DNA of 52,052 bases from Oscillospiraceae bacterium. GTDB taxonomy: Bacteria; Bacillota; Clostridia; Oscillospirales; CAG-272. The stretch covers positions 1 through 52,052 of the forward strand of contig SVTA01000002.1 in the NCBI GenBank assembly GCA_015064005.1. The letters are read 5' to 3'. A model generated the notes under the pieces. The model saw only the letters and a program-made list of their open reading frames with translations, ran no database searches and was not told the DNA's origin. The position numbers and the translations under genes were made by a program. Of this stretch, positions 34,732 through 42,959 are shown piece by piece (the first letter of the stretch is position 1; each line of letters opens with the position of its first letter).

Positions 34732-35468
34732 TGGCGCTCCTTTCCGGCTCTGGGGGCGGTTTTCAGCATAGCCTCCAGACACAGGATATCATCCTTATAG
34801 GTGCGGAAATAATACACACCGTCCGCGCCGTCGGCGCGCTCCACCCGCACGGTGTCCCCGAAATGCGCCTCACGCAGGTAGGAAAAGGACATGCCCACCA
34901 CCCTCGTTTGATCGGGATCGGGCAGAAAATCGCATACCATATCGGGGTATTTCGTATTATTCATGTGCATATTGTAATCCAGATCCGACCACACGATGGG
35001 GCGCTCGCCTACGGTACGAAAAGCAAGCTCGCGGGGAGCGCGGTGCCGCAGCGGCATTTCGGTGGTAAGGATCGGCTCGTTTTCAAAGCCAAGGGGGGCA
35101 TCCTCCACCCGCACCAGCGTGCGGTCGGCAATGCGCATCAGCGCCCACATAGAATGGCACCGCGCCACCAGCTCCTCACCCCGGTAAACCTCAAAGCCGC
35201 GGGGATAGCTGAGGCCGTGCCCCTCGCAGGTGAAGGTCTCCACCCGGATCTCATCGTAAGCGTATAGCGGCTGCAGGATATCCACCGCAATGCGGCTGAG
35301 AATAAAGCCCACACCCTCTCGATCGCGCAGATCGTCAAGGGACCTGCCCACGCGGTGAAACTGCAGATTGCTGGTCTCCTGCATCAGGGCAAGCAGCGCC
35401 GAAGGGCGCATCATTTTGCCGGCGTCGGTATCGTGCCAGCGAACGGTATAATGCTCGATATGTTTCAT
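34725..35468 (-). CDS. Acyl-ACP thioesterase
   Basis: YTVRWHDTDAGKMMRPSALLALMQE and a second hotdog half with DLDYNMHMNNTKY. The ATG at 35468 follows AGGAGAG. Confidence 0.8.
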   Translation of the reverse strand: MKHIEHYTVRWHDTDAGKMMRPSALLALMQETSNLQFHRVGRSLDDLRDREGVGFILSRIAVDILQPLYAYDEIRVETFTCEGHGLSYPRGFEVYRGEELVARCHSMWALMRIADRTLVRVEDAPLGFENEPILTTEMPLRHRAPRELAFRTVGERPIVWSDLDYNMHMNNTKYPDMVCDFLPDPDQTRVVGMSFSYLREAHFGDTVRVERADGADGVYYFRTYKDDILCLEAMLKTAPRAGKERQC

Positions 35469-35483
35469 TTTTGAAAGCTCTCC

Positions 35484-35514
35484 TAAAAACGGGGCTGTTG
35501 CGTGCAACAGCCCC
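35484..35514 (-). terminator. fba terminator
   Basis: ggggctgttgc-g-gcaacagcccc followed by gttttta on the minus strand. Confidence 0.7.
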
Positions 35515-35530
35515 GAAACAAACTTTTAGA

Positions 35531-36490
35531 TTACAGAGTATTAGAAGAACCGAGCACGTTCTTGATCTTATGCTGCACCATCTTCTTGACCTCTGCGCGG
35601 GCAACAGTCAGGTAGCCGCGGGGGTCGAATACGCCGGGCTCAGCTGCAAATACGCGGCGAATGCCGGCGGTCATGGCGAGACGGATATCGGAGTCGATAT
35701 TGATCTTACAAACGGCCATGGAGGCAGCCTTGCGGAGCTGCTCCTCGGGAATGCCCACTGCATCGGGCAGCTGGCCACCGAGGGCGTTGATCTCCTTCAC
35801 GTAATCCTGAGGAACGGAGGAGGCACCGTGCAGCACGATGGGGAAGCCGGGCAGACGCTTCTCGATCTCGGCAAGAATATCAAAGCGGAGAGGAGGCGGA
35901 ACAAGAATGCCCTGCTCGTTGCGGGTGCACTGCTTGGCGGTGAACTTGTAAGCGCCGTGAGAGGTGCCGATGGAGATGGCAAGGGAGTCAACGCCGGTGC
36001 GGTTGACGAACTCCTCGACCTCCTCGGGACGGGTATAGGAGGAATGCTCGGCCACCACGTCATCCTCGACGCCGGCCAGCACGCCCAGCTCACCCTCTAC
36101 CACAACGCCATGGGCGTGTGCGTACTCTACCACCTTCTTGGTGAGGGCGATGTTGTCCTCAAAGGAATGGTGGGAGCCGTCGATCATCACGGAGGTGAAG
36201 CCACCGTCGATGCAGGACTTGCAGATCTCAAAATCTGCGCCGTGGTCAAGATGCAGGGCGAAGTCTACGCCGCTATCCTCAACGGCAGCCTTGGCAAGAG
36301 CCAGCAGGTAAGCGTGCTTTGCGTACTTGCGGGCACCGGCAGAAACCTGCAGAACCACAGGGGACTTTTCCTCGGCAGCAGCCTCGGTAATTGCCTGAAT
36401 GATTTCCATGTTGTTGATGTTGAAGGCGCCGATGGCATATTTGCCCTCATAGGCCTTTTTGAACATCTCCTTGGTTGTAACAAGAGCCAT
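35531..36490 (-). CDS. fba: Class II fructose-1,6-bisphosphate aldolase
   Basis: YAIGAFNINNMEIIQAI ... LHLDHG ... SVMIDGS ... VLHGASSVP. Confidence 0.92.
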   Translation of the reverse strand: MALVTTKEMFKKAYEGKYAIGAFNINNMEIIQAITEAAAEEKSPVVLQVSAGARKYAKHAYLLALAKAAVEDSGVDFALHLDHGADFEICKSCIDGGFTSVMIDGSHHSFEDNIALTKKVVEYAHAHGVVVEGELGVLAGVEDDVVAEHSSYTRPEEVEEFVNRTGVDSLAISIGTSHGAYKFTAKQCTRNEQGILVPPPLRFDILAEIEKRLPGFPIVLHGASSVPQDYVKEINALGGQLPDAVGIPEEQLRKAASMAVCKINIDSDIRLAMTAGIRRVFAAEPGVFDPRGYLTVARAEVKKMVQHKIKNVLGSSNTL

Positions 36491-36612
36491 TTTGATTCTC
36501 CTTTGTGTTGTAGTTTTTTACCACCTTACATTGTACCGAAAAAGCAGGAAAAAATCAAGGGCTTTTGCCAAAATAATGCAAAAATTTACTTTTTAGCGGT
36601 CTTTTGCGGCCG

Positions 36613-37089
36613 TCAGGTATAAAACTCGGGACGTTTCCCCTCCCCCTCTGCGGCGGATGCCACCGCTGCCGGCACGCCGCTGCCGATTTCCGTTGCGGCG
36701 GGCTGGTGCTCCTGCTCCCGCGGGGGGTGCACGTCACCGCGGGGCACCAGCCCCAAGCTGACCGCGATGGCGGTGTCAATATCCGCCATCAGCGCCTCGT
36801 CCAGATGCCCCATCTTCTCCTTCAGGCGGCGCTTGTCAAGGGTGCGCACCTGCTCCAGCAGCACAATGGAATCTCTCGAAAGCCCCGCCCGCTCTGCGTA
36901 CACGTCGATGTGGGTGGGCAGCTTGGTCTTTCCCATACGGGAGGTGATGGCTGCCGCGATCACCGTGGGGCTGTAGCGATTGCCCACGTCGTTTTGTATG
37001 ATCAGCACCGGGCGCATGCCGCCCTGCTCTGAGCCGACCACGGGGCTGAGATCGGCGTAATAGATATCTCCGCGCTTTACAGTTATCAT
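36613..37089 (-). CDS. mazF: MazF/PemK (EndoA-like) endoribonuclease toxin with a ~45-aa C-terminal extension. No adjacent antitoxin gene.
   Basis: [47 protein letters not shown] is nearly canonical EndoA. All three upstream frames (37090-37270) are closed. Confidence 0.85.
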   Translation of the reverse strand: MITVKRGDIYYADLSPVVGSEQGGMRPVLIIQNDVGNRYSPTVIAAAITSRMGKTKLPTHIDVYAERAGLSRDSIVLLEQVRTLDKRRLKEKMGHLDEALMADIDTAIAVSLGLVPRGDVHPPREQEHQPAATEIGSGVPAAVASAAEGEGKRPEFYT

Positions 37090-37271
37090 AGCGTTTCCTC
37101 CGTTATGTTTCGTCTGGTTCTATTTTTCGCAAAAAATCCCTCGCTTAATCAGCGCATTGCGCTTTTGGCGGCGGTTTTTTGCTCCCCTTCACTGCCATTT
37201 TATGCAGGCGGTGTCGCAAAGGGTCGAAATCAGAAGAAACAAAACGGAGCCACGCCCAGGACCGTGTCCTG

Positions 37272-37312
37272 AAAAGCAGAGGCTCCCGGCATGCCGGGAG
37301 CCTCTGCTTTTT
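37272..37312. terminator. Strong bidirectional terminator separating the TIR gene from mazF
   Basis: aaaagcagaggctcccggc-at-gccgggagcctctgctttt. Confidence 0.85.
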
Positions 37313-37321
37313 GATATATGA

Positions 37322-38878
37322 TCAGAACTTTGTTAATTTTACATCCTTTGGCAGCATTTTTTTGAGCGCGCGATAACAGTGGGCCTTTTTGGAGATCCTA
37401 ATTTCCTTCAGCGCGGGGCAATCATCGAAGGCAAGCGCGCCGACCTTGGTCACCGTATCGGGAATCTCAATGCTCTTTATGCTCTCACATCCCTTAAAGG
37501 CCCAATCTCCTATTTCAAACAGGCCGTGGGCAAACGTAACAAGCTCCAGATTCTTGCAGCCCTCAAAGGCGGATTTGCCGATCTTATGCACAGTGCCCGG
37601 CACGTTTACACTAAGAAGCTCTGTACGGTTCAAGAACACGCACGCGCCGATCTCTTTGGCAGACACGGGAATCGTAATGCGCTTGCACTCGCCGCGGCAA
37701 GCGCGGAGAACGCCGTCTACGATATCAAACAGAGGCTTCGGCGCAGGGGCAGCCTTCGGCGCGGGAGGCGGTGTGGGGGTTGTCTTCTCAGTCTTCAGCA
37801 GCACGCCGTTTTCGTCTACGAATTTCACCGTTGCGGGGAAGCTTCTCTTACTGCCCTCCTTGGCGTAGCTGACGCCCTCCGGCAGATGTAGCCGCGTGAG
37901 GCTCTTACAGCCCTTGAAGGCCTCCTCACCGACGGTTTTCAGCGATTTGGGCAAGCCCACGTAGGAAAGGGAGGTGCAATCCTTAAAGGTGGCAATGCCC
38001 ACGGTGGTCACGCCCTCCGACAGGATCACCCGTTTCAGGCCGGAGCCCACAAACAAATTGCTGGATACCACCTCAACGCCACCGGGGATCGTAATTTCCT
38101 CCAGCGCGGGACAGTCCGCAAAGGCCCATGCGCGGATGGTAACCAGACTCCGGGGCAGGCGAATGCTTTTCAGCGTGGCGTTACGCTTGAACACCTCCGA
38201 GCCAATGACCGTAACGCCCTCGGGGATCTCTACCCGCTCCTTTTGCCCGTGATAGCGCTCCAAAACGCCGTCAACCACCGTCATTTCATCGTTTTTCAAG
38301 TTGAAAAGCCCAGGGGCAGCGGGCGCGGGCGCAGGTGCGGGTTCGGCAGGGGCCGGCGCAGGCTCGGGGGCGGGAGCAACGCTGGATTGGGCGGCAGACG
38401 GTGCGGGTTTTTCCGCATTTTCGGGGGGTAAGGGCGACTCCTCACGGCAGTCCGAGATCACATCCGCCTTGACCAGCTCCCTCATAAAGGAATCCAGCGA
38501 GTCGTGACGGTGATAGAACATGGCCTGGGTCAGTCCCAGCTGCATTTCCAAGCCCATCGGGAGCTTCACGTCCTCCAGGAACACTGTCAGCATCGAGCGG
38601 TCACGGCTCAGCGCAAAGGTGATCTCCTGGCGGCAGTTTTTCGAGGCAATGGACGAGGGCGACAAAAAGGCCAGCACACAGTCGGCACCCGCCAGATGCG
38701 ACGCAATGTATTCGGGCCACTCCGTGCCAGCCTCAATGCCCGCATCGTACCAAACGCGGAACCCTTGATCGATCAGCGACGAAATGATCGGCAGCACGCG
38801 CGCGGAATCCTTGTGCGCATAGCTGACGAATATGTAGGGCTGCTTTCCCTCGTAGGCCGTTGGCGTCCGTTCCATCAT
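37322..38878 (-). CDS. TIR domain protein fused through Pro/Ala linkers to two blocks of BspA-type leucine-rich repeats
   Basis: YIFVSYAHKDS...GFRVWYD...LAFLSPSSIASKNCRQEI matches the TIR fold. IPEGVTVIGSEVFKRNATLKSIRLPRSLVTIRAWAFADCPALEEITIP-type repeats match LRR_5. The ATG at 38878 follows GGGAG. No signal peptide. Confidence 0.85.
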   Translation of the reverse strand: MMERTPTAYEGKQPYIFVSYAHKDSARVLPIISSLIDQGFRVWYDAGIEAGTEWPEYIASHLAGADCVLAFLSPSSIASKNCRQEITFALSRDRSMLTVFLEDVKLPMGLEMQLGLTQAMFYHRHDSLDSFMRELVKADVISDCREESPLPPENAEKPAPSAAQSSVAPAPEPAPAPAEPAPAPAPAAPGLFNLKNDEMTVVDGVLERYHGQKERVEIPEGVTVIGSEVFKRNATLKSIRLPRSLVTIRAWAFADCPALEEITIPGGVEVVSSNLFVGSGLKRVILSEGVTTVGIATFKDCTSLSYVGLPKSLKTVGEEAFKGCKSLTRLHLPEGVSYAKEGSKRSFPATVKFVDENGVLLKTEKTTPTPPPAPKAAPAPKPLFDIVDGVLRACRGECKRITIPVSAKEIGACVFLNRTELLSVNVPGTVHKIGKSAFEGCKNLELVTFAHGLFEIGDWAFKGCESIKSIEIPDTVTKVGALAFDDCPALKEIRISKKAHCYRALKKMLPKDVKLTKF

Positions 38879-39072
38879 ACAATCTCCCAAAAATTGATAT
38901 ATGTATTAGTATAGCACGCTTTTTCGACAAAATCAAGACGCACACAGCAACAAGTTGAAAAATTATTTCCCCCTCGTCCGAATTTATTCAAAATCTTGCG
39001 CTGTATAATCTTGTAATTTTATGATAAATATGTTATACTGAAGAGGATTGCACATCATAGCACGGAGGCTTT

Positions 39073-40188
39073 ATGGAAATCCTTTCGCCACAACAGAAAA
39101 AAGCACCGCCCTGCATCAGCCGGCGGGACGCGGAGCGCCGCAGCCTTCTGACGGAGGAGGAGCTGCTGAAAATGCATCTGCAGCCCACGGCCGATCCCGT
39201 CGCCTGCACCGCCAAAAGCGACGGCGCGGTGGTCTATTACTATCATCCCAACAGGGTAAAGGAGGCGCCCCCCGCCCATTGGTACGAGCGCCCCACGGCG
39301 CCCAAAAGGGAGCTGCCTGCCGAAGCGGAGCCGGTGACCGTTTCAACCGAGGCGGGAGAGCTGCGCCGTATCAGCGGTCGCCGCGCCGAGCTTTTGGGAT
39401 ATTTCTCCGCCGAGTCGCTTTTCCAAATGTATTACGAGCCCACCCAACCGCCCGTGGCGTGCATGGTGCGCAAAAGCGGCGAGGTGGTACTGCTTTACGA
39501 CAAGGCCACCTGCAGCAGACTGCCGCTACCCTGTGTCAAATGCGGCAACAGCACCCGCTACCGCAGCAAGCTCTGCTATGACTGCTACGCTGAGGAGTTG
39601 GCAGATCGCCGCGCCAAGGGTGACGCCAAGCGGGCACAAAAATACGGAAACGACCCGAAACGGGTGCTGTTTTTTGACCTGGAGCTGACCGGTGTGTTTG
39701 AGCGGGACGAGATTCTTTCCGTGTCTATTATCAACGGCCTCGGTGAGGTGATCTTTGATTCCTACACCCGCCCCGTGCGCAACCGCAAATGGAACCGCAC
39801 CGAAAAGATCCACGGCATTACCCCCGCCATGGTACAGGATGCCCCTACCCTTGCCGAGATCGCGCCCCGTTTGCGGGAGATCGTGGCAGGTGCCGATCGG
39901 ATGATCGCCTACGGCACCTCCACGGACTATTCCCATCTGCGGAAGATCTACAGCACCAAGACGGAGCGCAATCAGCTGAAGGACAAGCTGGTGGACTGCG
40001 CCGCGGAATTTTCCCGCTATGTAGTGGAGCATGAGATCGAGCTTTCCCACCACTCCCTCACCGACGCCATGGCTCACTTTGGCTTTGACTGGAGCGGGAT
40101 CGCCCACACCTCCACCGCCGATGCCCGAGCCTGTCGGTTGGTATTTGAAGCACTTTTCCCCCATTATTACGAAAGCGAGGACGCTTGA
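39073..40188 (+). CDS. DEDDh (DnaQ-like) 3'-5' exonuclease with a duplicated N-terminal module and a zinc ribbon
   Basis: ExoI FFDLELTG, ExoII AYGTSTDYSHL, ExoIII HTSTADA. CVKCG...CYDC. Internal repeat at aa 24-66 and 109-151. Confidence 0.8.
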   Translation: MEILSPQQKKAPPCISRRDAERRSLLTEEELLKMHLQPTADPVACTAKSDGAVVYYYHPNRVKEAPPAHWYERPTAPKRELPAEAEPVTVSTEAGELRRISGRRAELLGYFSAESLFQMYYEPTQPPVACMVRKSGEVVLLYDKATCSRLPLPCVKCGNSTRYRSKLCYDCYAEELADRRAKGDAKRAQKYGNDPKRVLFFDLELTGVFERDEILSVSIINGLGEVIFDSYTRPVRNRKWNRTEKIHGITPAMVQDAPTLAEIAPRLREIVAGADRMIAYGTSTDYSHLRKIYSTKTERNQLKDKLVDCAAEFSRYVVEHEIELSHHSLTDAMAHFGFDWSGIAHTSTADARACRLVFEALFPHYYESEDA

Positions 40189-40500
40189 ATGGATCGTTTA
40201 TTTGGATTGGAGCACACCACTGCCGACGAGGGGCTTTCCCTTCTCGTTACGCTCTATGACGACGTACTGGTGGCTATGTACGAGGAGCTTCTGAAGGAGG
40301 AAAAGATCCCCTATCTGAAAAAGGACAGAGGCACCGGCAGCGCCATGCGCATCATGATGGGACAGAGCTTTTACGGCACGGATATCTACGTACCCGAGGA
40401 GCTGCTGGAAAAAGCCCTCGAACTGATTACACCCCCGGACGGTGCGGATTTTGAGGAAGAAGAGAACGCACCGGAGGATACGCAGGAGAGCGAAAAATGA
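40189..40500 (+). CDS. DUF2007-like small protein with an acidic tail
   Basis: LVTLYDDVLVAMYEELLKEEKIPY pattern. The start abuts the exonuclease stop (TGAATG). Confidence 0.6.
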   Translation: MDRLFGLEHTTADEGLSLLVTLYDDVLVAMYEELLKEEKIPYLKKDRGTGSAMRIMMGQSFYGTDIYVPEELLEKALELITPPDGADFEEEENAPEDTQESEK

Positions 40501-41675
40501 AAGAGATCTTACTTTGCAAATACGGCGAGATCGTGCTGAAGGGCGCCAACCGCCGTTACTTTGAGGATATGCTGGCCAAGGAGCTGCGCTACCGCGCAGC
40601 CTCCTTTGGCAATTTCAGCGTCCACTACGCCCAAAGCACAGTCTACGTAGAGCCGCAGGACGATTTTGCCGACCTTGACGGTATGTTTGAGGCCGCAAGA
40701 CGGCTGTTTGGCATCGCGGGCGTGGTGCGCGCCGCCGTGGCCGAAAAAAATATGGAAAGCATCCTTGCCACAGCCAAGGCCTACCTACCCGATTTTCTCC
40801 AAGGCAAAAAGACCTTTAAGGTGGAGGCCAAGCGCTCGGATAAGACCTTTCCGCTGGATTCCCCCGCCATTTGTCAGGAGGCGGGCGGTGCGGTGCTTTC
40901 GGTCTGCCCGTGGCTACGGGTAGACGTACATCATCCCGACGTGACCGTGCGTGTGGAGGTGAGGGAAACCGCCGCTTACGTCCATGCAGGACAGTTCAAG
41001 GGCGCGGGCGGCCTCCCTGTTGGCACCAACGGCAAGGGACTGCTTCTGCTTTCCGGCGGCATTGATTCCCCCGTTGCCGGCTGGATGATGGCCAAACGGG
41101 GTGTGAAATTGGAGGCTCTGTACTTTGAATCCATCCCCTACACCAGTGAGCAGGCACGGCAAAAGGTGCTGGATCTGGCGGGCCTTGTAGCCCGCTGGGG
41201 CGGCAGCATGCAGGTCAATGTAGTATCGCTGACCAAGATTCAGGAGCTGCTGGTGAAAAACTGCGATGAGGAGTATTTTACGCTCCTTTTGCGCCGCTAC
41301 ATGATGGCCATTGCCAATAAGGTGGCAGAAATGCGGGGCTGTGAGGCGCTGATTACGGGCGAGAGTCTGGGGCAGGTGGCCTCCCAGACCATGCAGGCAT
41401 TGAACGTGACCAACGATATGGCGGCATACCCCGTATTTCGTCCTTGCATCGGCATGGACAAGGAGGAAATCGTGCAGATCGCCCGGATGATCGACACCTT
41501 TGAAACCTCCATTCTCCCCTATGAGGACTGCTGTACCGTCTTTACCCCCCGTCATCCCAAAACAAGGCCCGTGCTCTCCAAGGTGGTCGAGCAGGAGCAG
41601 AAGCTACCCTTCGATGAGCTCTGTGAGGAGGCGCTCGGCACCCTGCAGACCTTTTACGTCCGCGCGAAATTTTAA
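40497..41675 (+). CDS. thiI: tRNA 4-thiouridine(8) synthase
   Basis: ILLCKYGEIVLKGANRRYFE (ferredoxin-like/THUMP N-terminus) and PP-loop LLSGGIDSPVA. Confidence 0.9.
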   Translation: MKEILLCKYGEIVLKGANRRYFEDMLAKELRYRAASFGNFSVHYAQSTVYVEPQDDFADLDGMFEAARRLFGIAGVVRAAVAEKNMESILATAKAYLPDFLQGKKTFKVEAKRSDKTFPLDSPAICQEAGGAVLSVCPWLRVDVHHPDVTVRVEVRETAAYVHAGQFKGAGGLPVGTNGKGLLLLSGGIDSPVAGWMMAKRGVKLEALYFESIPYTSEQARQKVLDLAGLVARWGGSMQVNVVSLTKIQELLVKNCDEEYFTLLLRRYMMAIANKVAEMRGCEALITGESLGQVASQTMQALNVTNDMAAYPVFRPCIGMDKEEIVQIARMIDTFETSILPYEDCCTVFTPRHPKTRPVLSKVVEQEQKLPFDELCEEALGTLQTFYVRAKF

Positions 41676-41696
41676 CCCAAAAAGGAAGTGTAACTG

Positions 41697-42950
41697 ATGA
41701 AAACCAAAATTGATATTTTTTCCGGCTTTCTCGGCGCCGGTAAGACCACACTGATCAAAAAGCTGATCGCCGAGGCATACGAGGGCGAAAAGCTGATGCT
41801 GATCGAGAACGAGTTCGGCGAGATCGGCATTGACGGCGGCTTCCTTGAGGACGCCGGCATCAACATCACCGAAATGAACTCCGGCTGCATCTGCTGCAGC
41901 CTGGTGGGTGATTTCAGCACCGCGCTGGAAAAGGCCGTACGCGAGTACGCCCCCGACCGCATCCTCATCGAGCCCTCGGGCGTTGGAAAGCTCTCCGATG
42001 TGATCCGCGCCGTGGAAAGCGTGGGCTCCGATAAGCTGGAGCTCTCCTCCTTTGTGACCGTGGTGGACGCTGCCAAATGCCGTATGCATATGAAGAATTT
42101 CGGCGAGTTCTTCAACGATCAAATCGAAAGCGCCGGTGCCATCGTGCTCAGCCACACCAAAAATCTTTCCGAGGAAAAGCTCACCGCCGCCGTAGAGGCG
42201 ATCCGCGCCCACAACGAAAAGGCAGTAATCGTCACCACCGATTGGGACGAGCTCAGCGGCGCACAGCTCCGTGCCGCCATAGAAGGCACCGACACGCTGA
42301 AGTCCGCCATGGAAAGCCTTGAAGCCGAAAAAATCTGCCCCGTTTGCGGACATTCTCACGATCATGAGCATCACGACCATCACGAGCACTGCCATGAGCA
42401 CGAGCATCACCACCACGATGAGCACGGTGATTGCCACGAGCACCACGACCATGATCATCATGAGCATGAGCATCATCATGAGCATGAGCATCATCATGAG
42501 CATGAGCATCATCATGAGCATGAACATCACCATGAGCATGAACATCACCATGAACATGAACATCACCATGAACATGACCACCATCACGAGCACGGTGAGC
42601 ACTGTACCTGCGGCTGCCATGATCACCACCACGACCATCACGGTCACGAGCACCACCATCATCACGCCGACGAGGTATTCCAGAGCTACGGCGCCGAAAC
42701 CGCCAAGCGCTTCTGCCCCCATTGCATCGGCGAGGCGCTCGCCGCTCTTGTGGACGAGGCAAAATACGGCAAGGTGCTGCGCGCCAAGGGTATCGTAGCC
42801 GGCGAGGATGGCTGGATCCACTTTGATTACGTGCCCGGCGAGCCCGACGTACGCGCGGGCTCTGCCGGCGTGATCGGCCGCCTGTGTGTCATTGGTTCCG
42901 ACCTCAACCGTGAAGCGCTCTGTGCCCTCTTCGGCGTGGAGCTGAAATAA
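41697..42950 (+). CDS. COG0523 (CobW/ZigA-like) G3E GTPase metallochaperone with a giant His-rich insertion
   Basis: P-loop GFLGAGKTT, CxCC motif GCICCS, and a His/Cys tract from 42336 to 42666. Confidence 0.85.
   Translation: MKTKIDIFSGFLGAGKTTLIKKLIAEAYEGEKLMLIENEFGEIGIDGGFLEDAGINITEMNSGCICCSLVGDFSTALEKAVREYAPDRILIEPSGVGKLSDVIRAVESVGSDKLELSSFVTVVDAAKCRMHMKNFGEFFNDQIESAGAIVLSHTKNLSEEKLTAAVEAIRAHNEKAVIVTTDWDELSGAQLRAAIEGTDTLKSAMESLEAEKICPVCGHSHDHEHHDHHEHCHEHEHHHHDEHGDCHEHHDHDHHEHEHHHEHEHHHEHEHHHEHEHHHEHEHHHEHEHHHEHDHHHEHGEHCTCGCHDHHHDHHGHEHHHHHADEVFQSYGAETAKRFCPHCIGEALAALVDEAKYGKVLRAKGIVAGEDGWIHFDYVPGEPDVRAGSAGVIGRLCVIGSDLNREALCALFGVELK
42459..42584 (+). repeat. In-frame 18-bp tandem repeat, 7 units, encoding (HEHEHH)n
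   Basis: catgagcatgagcatcat x3, then the variants catgagcatgaacatcac x2, catgaacatgaacatcac and catgaacatgaccaccat. Confidence 0.9.
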
Positions 42951-42959
42951 GGAGCGGCC

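Noticed and set aside
42459-42584. Regularly spaced repeats considered as a CRISPR array (also considered for arrays A and B at 1-180 and 21786-21960)
   Set aside because: The 18-bp units are contiguous, in frame and encode HEHEHH inside a gene. Arrays A and B have only 7-nt repeats with 11-28-nt gaps and inverted halves. No cas genes are present. None fits CRISPR architecture.
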